Position numbers and translations under genes: made by a program. This document shows, piece by piece, positions 8,332 through 14,781 of a DNA stretch of 64,000 nt (its first letter is position 1; the number at the start of each line of letters is the position of its first letter). Below the pieces are notes generated by a model. It saw only the letters and a list, made by a program, of their open reading frames with translations. It made no database searches and was not told where the DNA came from. Source of the DNA: Alistipes sp. (lineage in GTDB: Bacteria > Bacteroidota > Bacteroidia > Bacteroidales > Rikenellaceae). The stretch lies in the NCBI GenBank assembly GCA_017483225.1, contig JAFULF010000008.1, forward strand, positions 50,927 to 114,926. The letters are read 5' to 3'.

Positions 8332-9729
8332 ATGAAGAAAAAACTACTCTCCCTCGTCGTGATAGTTGCCGCACTGCTTGCTGCGGTATATATCTACGAA
8401 AACCGCACCCCGTCGGCAGAGCTATCCGCCACAGAGCGTGTTGTTGCCACACTCGAAAGGGGTGGCTGTATGAGTTGTCACTCCTCGAATCCCGACCTCC
8501 CGTTCTACGCAACACTACCCGTTGCCGGTGCGGTTGTTATGCAGGATGTCGATTCGGGTTATCGTGCCTTCGATATGGCACCGATGATGGAGGCACTCAA
8601 ACGTGGAGGCAGAATCTCCCCTGTGGATGTTGCCAAGGTGGAGAGGGTTGCGCTCGATGGGCGTATGCCTTCACCAAAGTACTACCTTATCAACTGGGGC
8701 TCACAGATGACCTCCGCCAAGGGGGAAATCATCGCCGACTGGGCCGAGGATTATCGTGAGGCATACTATGACGATGGCCTTGAAGGGGATATGGCCGACG
8801 AGCCACTGCGCCCGATAGCCCTCTCGCTACCGGTGGATAAGCAGAAGGCGGCGTTGGGCAAGTTGCTCTACCACGACGTGCGCCTCTCGGTAGATAATAC
8901 CGTCTCGTGCGCCTCGTGCCACGGCCTCAATACCGCCGGCGTGGACAACAAGCAGTACTCCGAGGGTGTAGGCGGACAACTCGGCGGCGTGAATGCCCCA
9001 ACGGTCTTCAATGCCGTCTATAACTTCGTGCAGTTCTGGGATGGCCGTGCGGCAACCCTCGCCGACCAAGCCGCAGGCCCGCCACTCAACCCGGTAGAGA
9101 TGGCCTCGGCATCATTTGACGAGATTATCGCCAAACTGCGCCGTGACCGACAACTCACCCGTGCCTTCACGCAGGTGTATCCCGACGGCTGGTCGCAGGC
9201 GAACATCACCGACGCTATCGAGTGCTTCGAGATGACGCTTCTTACGCCGAATTCTCGCTTTGACAAATACCTGCGTGGTGACGAGGATGCCATCACCGAG
9301 GAGGAGAAGGATGGCTACGAGCTGTTCAAGGATTACGGCTGTGCAACCTGCCACGTAGGACCAAATGTGGGAGGTGAGTCCTACGAACTGATGGGTCTGC
9401 GCAAGCACTACTTCGCCGACCGAGGCCTACCGCTCACTGTTGAGGACAACGGCCGATTCAAGGAGACGGGCGAGGAGCGAGATAGACACCGCTTCAAGGT
9501 GCCGGGGTTGCGCAATGTGGCTCTGACGTGGCCATACTACCACGACGGCACACGAGAGACGCTCAAAGAGGCTGTCTGCAATATGGGTACATATCAGGTT
9601 GGCGTATCGCTCTCGGATGACGAGGAGGATAAGATTCTCGCCTTCCTGCACACCCTCACAGGTGAGTACGAGGGAAAGCCGCTGACAAACGAGAATGTTC
9701 AGGTGGCAGCAGAATACGACCACGATTAA
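8332..9729 (+). CDS. cytochrome c peroxidase (di-haem CCP/MauG family) with an extra N-terminal haem-binding domain
   Basis: Three CXXCH motifs: CMSCH in the N-terminal extension, CASCH and CATCH in the CCP core. The signal-anchor N-terminus is MKKKLLSLVVIVAALLAA. Confidence 0.88.
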   Translation: MKKKLLSLVVIVAALLAAVYIYENRTPSAELSATERVVATLERGGCMSCHSSNPDLPFYATLPVAGAVVMQDVDSGYRAFDMAPMMEALKRGGRISPVDVAKVERVALDGRMPSPKYYLINWGSQMTSAKGEIIADWAEDYREAYYDDGLEGDMADEPLRPIALSLPVDKQKAALGKLLYHDVRLSVDNTVSCASCHGLNTAGVDNKQYSEGVGGQLGGVNAPTVFNAVYNFVQFWDGRAATLADQAAGPPLNPVEMASASFDEIIAKLRRDRQLTRAFTQVYPDGWSQANITDAIECFEMTLLTPNSRFDKYLRGDEDAITEEEKDGYELFKDYGCATCHVGPNVGGESYELMGLRKHYFADRGLPLTVEDNGRFKETGEERDRHRFKVPGLRNVALTWPYYHDGTRETLKEAVCNMGTYQVGVSLSDDEEDKILAFLHTLTGEYEGKPLTNENVQVAAEYDHD

Positions 9730-9747
9730 CGGTCGAGAAGAAGAGGC

Positions 9748-9793
9748 AAAAAGTTAGCCGAGGACCCTATGAGTGGCCCTCGGCTAACTTTTT
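9748..9793. terminator. bidirectional terminator between ccp (+) and upp (-)
   Basis: AAAAAGTTAGCCGAGG...CCTCGGCTAACTTTTT, a perfect 12-bp stem flanked by an A-run and a T-run. Confidence 0.75.
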
Positions 9794-9806
9794 ATACTCT
9801 CTCTAC

Positions 9807-10460
9807 CTATAACTTGGCACCAAAGGCCAAATCCCCGGCATCGCCCAAACCCGGAACGATATACTTGTGTGTATTCAGCTCCCTGTCCACCGTAGCGCAC
9901 CATAGGGTAACATCCTCTGCCGAGGTGTTTTCGAGCACATAATCCACACCCTCGGTGCAGGCGAGCACCGACACAAGGTGTGTGTGCGCAGGCTTCCCGC
10001 CATGAGCAACAAAGGCCTCATAGGCGGCAATGAGCGACGAGCCGGTGGCAAGCATCGGGTCCACCAGAATCAGGGTCTTGCCCTCCAACGAGCCGCAGGC
10101 GATATACTCCACCTCTATCGAGAACTCATTCTCGCCGCTATACTTGCGGTAGGCCGACACAAAGGCGTTCTCGGCATCGTCGAAGTAGTTGAGAAAGCCC
10201 TGATGCAGTGGCAGTCCGGCACGGAACACCGTAGCAAGCACCACCGTGTCCGAGAGGAGCTGCATCGGCGCAACACCCAGCGGCGTAGTGACCTCCGCAG
10301 GGGCGTAGTTGAGGCTCTTCGATATCTCGTATGCCATAATCTCGCCTATGCGTTCCAGATTGCGACGAAAGCGCATCGAGTCCCTCTGTACATCGACATC
10401 ACGCAGTTGTGACAAAAATTTGTTTAGCAGCGTATTCTGCTCATCAAGAATATGTACCAT
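9807..10460 (-). CDS. upp: uracil phosphoribosyltransferase
   Basis: Trimmed from the 323-aa track ORF to MVHILDEQNTLLNKFL... (ATG at 10460). The PRPP-binding loop LILVDPMLATGSS and C-terminal YIVPGLGDAGD are present. The upstream 106 codons overlap hflX and are Arg/Ser-rich junk. Confidence 0.9.
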   Translation of the reverse strand: MVHILDEQNTLLNKFLSQLRDVDVQRDSMRFRRNLERIGEIMAYEISKSLNYAPAEVTTPLGVAPMQLLSDTVVLATVFRAGLPLHQGFLNYFDDAENAFVSAYRKYSGENEFSIEVEYIACGSLEGKTLILVDPMLATGSSLIAAYEAFVAHGGKPAHTHLVSVLACTEGVDYVLENTSAEDVTLWCATVDRELNTHKYIVPGLGDAGDLAFGAKL

Positions 10461-10479
10461 ATTGCTCTGTTGTTGCTCC

Positions 10480-11703
10480 TTAATAGAGGAAGTTATTAAA
10501 TGGATAGCGGCCGCAATGTATCTCTCGCACCATACCATAGAGGTCTCTGCGGAACTTCTCGATATTGGTCTTCTCCTGCGCCGAGATGAAGATGCACGGC
10601 GTATTCTGCTTGGCAAACCAGCTCTCTCGCAGGTCGTCGAGCGAGCGGTTCTCCTTGGTTGCCGGCGTGAGGTCGTCCTCATCCTTCTTAACGTAGGTAT
10701 AGGCATCAATCTTGTTGAAGACCAGATATACAGGCTTGTCGCCTGCGCCAATATCCTGCAACGTCTGCTTAACGACATCTATCTGCTCCTCAAACTGCGG
10801 ATGTGAGATATCTACAACGTGAATAAGCAGGTCCGCCTCTCGCACCTCGTCGAGGGTGGATTTGAACGACTCGATAAGCTCGGTAGGCAGCTTACGGATA
10901 AAGCCGACGGTATCCGAGAGCAGGAAGGGCAGGTTATCAAACACCACCTTTCGCACCGTCGTATCGAGTGTAGCGAAGAGCTTATTCTCGGCAAAGACCT
11001 CGCTCTTGGAGATGAGGTTCATAAGTGTCGATTTGCCGACGTTGGTATATCCCACGAGCGACACACGCACCATACTGCCTCGGTTGGAGCGCTGCACCGC
11101 CATCTGACGGTCTATCTTCTTCAAGTCCTCCTTCAACTTCGAGATTCTGTTGCGGACAATACGGCGGTCGGTCTCAATCTCACGCTCTCCCGCACCACCA
11201 CGGGTACCCGTACCTCCTCGCTGACGTTCAAGGTGTGTCCACAGACCCGCCAGACGTGGCAACATATACTCACACTGCGCCAACTCCACCTGCGTCTTTG
11301 CATAGGCGGTCTGCGCTCGCTGACGGAAGATATCGAGGATGAGGCGTGTGCGGTCGATAACTCGGCACGGCATCGCCTGCTCGATGTTGCGTGTCTGCGA
11401 AGGAGAGAGTTCGTCGTCGAAGATTACGACGTTAATCTCGTTGTCGGCGCAGTAGGTGGCAATCTCCTCCAACTTACCCGGACCGACATATATTCGTGAC
11501 GAAGGCTGCGGCAGTCGCTGCGTAAAGCGGCGCTCGGTGACTATCGAGGCCGTCTCAGCCAGAAACTGCAACTCGTCGAGGAACTCCTCCGCCTGACGTG
11601 GCTCCTGATTGTCCCGTATCACCGCCACCAGAACGGCACGCTCCACGTGCTGCTCTTCGACCACGTGCTCCTTGTTTATTCCCTTTTTCTCTTTGTTCTC
11701 CAT
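10480..11703 (-). CDS. hflX: GTPase HflX
   Basis: G1 motif GYTNVGKSTLMN, a DTVGF motif and NKID, plus the HflX N-terminal domain pattern (ELQFLAETA..., RTRLILDIFRQRA). Confidence 0.9.
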   Translation of the reverse strand: MENKEKKGINKEHVVEEQHVERAVLVAVIRDNQEPRQAEEFLDELQFLAETASIVTERRFTQRLPQPSSRIYVGPGKLEEIATYCADNEINVVIFDDELSPSQTRNIEQAMPCRVIDRTRLILDIFRQRAQTAYAKTQVELAQCEYMLPRLAGLWTHLERQRGGTGTRGGAGEREIETDRRIVRNRISKLKEDLKKIDRQMAVQRSNRGSMVRVSLVGYTNVGKSTLMNLISKSEVFAENKLFATLDTTVRKVVFDNLPFLLSDTVGFIRKLPTELIESFKSTLDEVREADLLIHVVDISHPQFEEQIDVVKQTLQDIGAGDKPVYLVFNKIDAYTYVKKDEDDLTPATKENRSLDDLRESWFAKQNTPCIFISAQEKTNIEKFRRDLYGMVREIHCGRYPFNNFLY

Positions 11704-11761
11704 ATTTCAAAAAAGGGTTGCCCCGAAAAGGACAACCCCATATTTTCGTTAAATCGACGCC

Positions 11762-12445
11762 TTAGTTCTGGATACGGAAGTCGATTGGCAATGTGTACTT
11801 CACACGTACTGTCTGGTTACGCTGCTTACCAGGCTTCCACTTCGGCGATGTTTTGAGCACTCGGATAGCCTCGTCAGAGAGGGATGAATCCGGAGTTTGA
11901 AGAACCTGAATGTTGGTCAGCGAGCCATCACGCTCTACGACGAACATCAAGAAGACACGTCCCGAAATGTTATTCTCCTGTGCAATCTGTGGGTAGCGTA
12001 CCTTGCTCTGAACCCAGTTACGGAAGGTGTTGAGGTCACCGCCCTGGAATGTAGGCATCTCCTCTACCTTTACGAATGGCTGGTCATCCTCGATAACCTC
12101 CTCCTCGACAGCAACCTGCTGAATAATCTCTACATCCTCCTCGAACTCTGCAAAATCGACCTCGGTAGAGATTTTGGTATCGTTGGTCACGATATTGAGG
12201 ATATCGGTGATAACGGTAATCTCGGTCTTCTTTGGAGGCTCTGGTGGCTTTTGGTCCTGACGGGTAATCTCTGTAATCTGCTCCTCTACCGGGCCATAAT
12301 TCATGTCAATTTTCTCGACAGTGACCTCTCTCGGAGTGTAAAGGAATGCTGCAATCACAACAAGAAGAGCAACAATCAAGCCAATCTCCAACAACACTAT
12401 ACGCAGGCGATTGACATCAACTTTGGGGTTTTTCTTTACTTCCAT
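11762..12445 (-). CDS. tonB: energy transducer TonB
   Basis: N-terminal membrane anchor, a Pro/Glu/Lys-rich linker (QKPPEPPKKTE), and a TonB C-terminal domain (MPTFQGGDLNTFRNWV...YPQIAQENNISGRV). Confidence 0.8.
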   Translation of the reverse strand: MEVKKNPKVDVNRLRIVLLEIGLIVALLVVIAAFLYTPREVTVEKIDMNYGPVEEQITEITRQDQKPPEPPKKTEITVITDILNIVTNDTKISTEVDFAEFEEDVEIIQQVAVEEEVIEDDQPFVKVEEMPTFQGGDLNTFRNWVQSKVRYPQIAQENNISGRVFLMFVVERDGSLTNIQVLQTPDSSLSDEAIRVLKTSPKWKPGKQRNQTVRVKYTLPIDFRIQN

Positions 12446-12576
12446 TTATTGTAAATTTTAATTTTTGTCCTGTTTTCGGTATTCCCGTTTTAACTCACCA
12501 AGGCATACGCAGTCACAAATATAGTTATAAAATTTCAAAAAAAGTATTATTCGGATAAAAAATAATTAAATTTCCA

Positions 12577-12584
12577 TACTTTTG
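12577..12584 (+). promoter_or_regulatory. candidate -7 box (TACTTTTG) upstream of rlmN
   Basis: Exact TAnnTTTG match, 47 nt before the ATG at 12631. Confidence 0.35.
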
Positions 12585-12630
12585 TACAAAATTACAAACC
12601 AAAAAGATTCGGCATCGACGTAAAAAAGGT

Positions 12631-13665
12631 ATGAAACCAACGCAACTCGACACTCTATACGGAAAGACGCTTGCGGAACTACAAACTATTTGTTCCGAGA
12701 TGGGTATGCCACGCTTTGCAGCCAAGCAGATTGCCGGCTGGCTCTACAAGCGAGGGGCTCGAAGCATCAAGCAGATGAGCGACCTCTCGCTGCGAAATCG
12801 TGCGCTGCTGGCCGAGCGTTACACCATAGGGCTGGCTGCGCCGGAGGGGGAGCAGACATCCTCCGACGGCACCAAGAAATACCTCTATCGCACGGCCGAG
12901 GGAGAGTTTGTGGAGTCGGCGTATATACCTGACGGCGAGCGTGCTACACTCTGCGTATCATCGCAAGCGGGGTGTCGTATGGGGTGCCGCTTCTGTGCCA
13001 CGGGACGGCTGGGACTGCACCACTCACTATCCACCTGCGACATACTCAACCAGATAGCCTCTCTGCCCGAGCGGGAGCGTCTGACCAATGTCGTATATAT
13101 GGGTATGGGCGAGCCTTTCGACAATATGGACAACGTGCTGCGGGCACTCGAAATAATGACCGCCGAGTGGGGTTACGGCTGGTCGCCGACACGCATCACC
13201 GTATCTACCGCAGGCGTGGGTCGTGAGTTCCAACGCTTCCTCGACACCACATCCGTACACCTGGCAATAAGCCTCCACAACCCATTCCACGAGGAGCGTG
13301 CCGAGATTATGCCGATAGAGCGGGCATATCCTATCGCCGAGATTGCCGACACCCTGCGACGCTACGACTTCTCACACCAGCGACGTGTATCCTTCGAGTA
13401 TATCGTTATGAGCGGACTGAACGACTCCCCACGCCACATCAAGGAGCTGTGCCGCCTGCTCAACGGCATAAAGTGCCGCATCAACCTGATTCGGTTCCAC
13501 AAGATACCCGACTCGCCATACTTCTCGCCCGACGACCGTGCTATGGTCGCCTTCCGTGATGCCCTCACCGCACGTGGCATTATGACCACAATACGTGCCT
13601 CACGTGGCGAGGATATCAAGGCGGCGTGCGGCCTACTGAGTGCCGAGGCAAAGCGTGGGGTTTGA
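12631..13665 (+). CDS. rlmN: 23S rRNA (adenine2503-C2)-methyltransferase, radical SAM
   Basis: Radical-SAM cluster motif CRMGCRFCATG and the RlmN-typical GMGEPFDN and C-terminal ...GEDIKAACGLL. Confidence 0.9.
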   Translation: MKPTQLDTLYGKTLAELQTICSEMGMPRFAAKQIAGWLYKRGARSIKQMSDLSLRNRALLAERYTIGLAAPEGEQTSSDGTKKYLYRTAEGEFVESAYIPDGERATLCVSSQAGCRMGCRFCATGRLGLHHSLSTCDILNQIASLPERERLTNVVYMGMGEPFDNMDNVLRALEIMTAEWGYGWSPTRITVSTAGVGREFQRFLDTTSVHLAISLHNPFHEERAEIMPIERAYPIAEIADTLRRYDFSHQRRVSFEYIVMSGLNDSPRHIKELCRLLNGIKCRINLIRFHKIPDSPYFSPDDRAMVAFRDALTARGIMTTIRASRGEDIKAACGLLSAEAKRGV

Positions 13666-13693
13666 TTCTTTGCCCTATTTTTCATACCTTTGC

Positions 13694-14030
13694 ACCGCAC
13701 ACTCGGTTCATCGCTGCCCAAAGGGGAGAGGAAAGTCCGAACAACATAGAGCACCGCACAAGTTAACGGCTTGATATTCGTGAGGGTATAGCAGCGTAAC
13801 AGAAAATAACCGCCTCAATGAGGTAAGGGTGAAAAGGTGGGGTAAGAGCCCACCGCAAAGGCAGCAATGTCGTTTGGCAGTACGTCTTGCGGGTTGCAAG
13901 GTTATGTATATCGACAATTAAGGGTTGCTCGCCCAATGTCGAGGGGTAAACCGCTGGAGGCGGCAGGTGACTGCCGTCGTAGATAAATGATGAACTAAAA
14001 CAGAACTCGGCTTACGGGGTGTGCACATCT
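13694..14030 (+). ncRNA. rnpB: RNase P RNA, bacterial type A
   Basis: Universally conserved blocks are present: GAGGAAAGTCCG (13727-13738), ACAGAAA, GGTAAGGGTGAAA, GGTAAGAGCCCACC and ACAGAACTCGGCTTA (14000-14014). P1 forms as GCACAC/GTGTGC and P2 as GTTCATC/GATGAAC. Ends are approximate to within 5 nt. Confidence 0.9.
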
Positions 14031-14031
14031 G

Positions 14032-14065
14032 AACCACTTACCTTTTAGAGGTAGGTGGTTTTTCA
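14032..14065 (+). terminator. intrinsic terminator of rnpB
   Basis: AACCACTTACC-TTTTAGA-GGTAGGTGGTT (11-bp stem, one G-U) followed by a T-run. Confidence 0.75.
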
Positions 14066-14159
14066 TTGGTAGAAAATTCCTCCGTAAGCCGAGAAGTGTT
14101 TACATTTCCCCCTAAATCCCCCTTTTGAAAAAGGGGGACTTGGTCGCTAACGCTCCGAT

Positions 14160-14221
14160 TTACGGGGTGTGCATATCTGAACCACTTACCTTTTAGAGGT
14201 AGGTGGTTTTTTCATTGGTAG
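14160..14221 (+). repeat. direct duplicate of the rnpB 3' end plus terminator (copy of 14012-14072)
   Basis: TTACGGGGTGTGCA[C/T]ATCTGAACCACTTACCTTTTAGAGGTAGGTGGTTTTT(T)CATTGGTAG. The two copies differ by one substitution and one extra T. Confidence 0.9.
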
Positions 14222-14223
14222 GG

Positions 14224-14377
14224 GCGCAAGAGTTTAAGGGTTGTTAAGGGAGTTAAGGGATATTAAGGGTTATTAATGTTGCGCAACACTCTGCGGACTC
14301 TTACGACCTTACCCCAAACCGCTTGCGTTTCCATTAATAGCCTTTAATCGCCTTTAATAGCCTTTATCTTTGCGCAA
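14224..14377 (+). repeat. TTAAGGG/CCTTTAA periodic-array element, copy 1 (second copy 45259-45414)
   Basis: Layout is GCGCAAGAG, then four TTAAGGG units at 9-10 nt spacing, TTAATGTTGCGC, core GCGGACTCTTACGACCTTACCCCAAACCGC, CCTTTAA units, and TTGCGCAA. Confidence 0.85.
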
Positions 14378-14504
14378 AAAAAGGTCGAGCGCAAAGGAAT
14401 GGCAGAGCACAACAAGGCTCACTCTTGCAAGGGCCCTCGTCACCTCGCCCCTGCGCCGCCCCCCCCCTACATAGGTATCGAAAACGATACCCACGTAGTA
14501 AGGT

Positions 14505-14583
14505 AGGGGGGTAGGGAATTTAGGGAGTTTTCTTGCGCCATCCTTAATTTCCTTAATCTCCTTAACTTCCTTAATGTTGCGCC
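14505..14583 (+). repeat. TAGGGAATT/CCTTAATTT periodic-array element, short copy (longer relative at 56781-56890)
   Basis: GGGGGGTAGGGAATTTAGGGAG-TTTTCTTGCGCCAT-CCTTAATTTCCTTAATCTCCTTAACTTCCTTAATGTTGCGCC. Confidence 0.7.
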
Positions 14584-14597
14584 CCCTCAAAAAAAGA

Positions 14598-14634
14598 GCG
14601 TGTCCAACAAGTTTTCGGACACGCTCTTTCTTTT
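14598..14634. terminator. bidirectional terminator hairpin (identical to 7276-7312)
   Basis: An A7 run precedes and TCTTTCTTTT follows GCGTGTCC...GGACACGC. On the - strand it reads hairpin plus CTCTTTTTTT, so it is the likely terminator of the GDPD lipoprotein gene. Confidence 0.65.
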
Positions 14635-14635
14635 C

Positions 14636-14757
14636 AGAAGTTGTATAACAAGTGCTAATTTTAGGCCTACGAAGCCCGAAAAAGCGCAGTTTACTTAATG
14701 TAAATGAGCATTTTGAGGGCGAGTATAACGACAAAGTAGCCTTGTTAGACAGCTTCT
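14636..14757 (+). mobile_element. MITE-like element, copy B (uninterrupted, 122 bp)
   Basis: Bounded by AGAAGTTGTATAACAAG ... CTTGTTAGACAGCTTCT. It lies between the stop codon of the - strand gene (14782) and the terminator hairpin. Confidence 0.75.
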
Positions 14758-14781
14758 ATAACCTTACGCTATGACCCCTTA

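Noticed and set aside
10461-10778. N-terminal 106-codon extension of the upp ORF
   Set aside because: The extension overlaps the 3' end of hflX and is Arg/Ser-rich. The conserved Upp sequence starts at MVHILDEQ (ATG at 10460).
14160-14221. A second rnpB gene
   Set aside because: Only the last ~15 nt of the RNA plus the terminator are duplicated. None of the conserved catalytic-core blocks are present.
14224-14377. Possible CRISPR array or telomere-like repeat (TTAAGGG / TTTAGGG units)
   Set aside because: The period is only 9-10 nt with no unique spacers, and there are no cas genes, so it is not CRISPR. The resemblance of TTTAGGG/TTAGGG to eukaryotic telomere repeats is coincidental in an internal bacterial intergenic hairpin element.
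14378-14500. Possible tRNA or tRNA fragment between the repeat modules (GGTATCGAAAACGATACC hairpin)
   Set aside because: No cloverleaf can be drawn: there is no acceptor stem, no T-loop GTTCRANNC consensus and no D-arm.
14354-14734. ORFs inside the repeat regions that share peptides (MSLYSPSKCSF..., also 7278-7616, 56645-57025, 56653-56979)
   Set aside because: The shared peptide simply reflects the repeated DNA. The frames are not conserved across copies (copy A is interrupted, copy C is inverted). They have no signal, domain or start context, and they span module boundaries.
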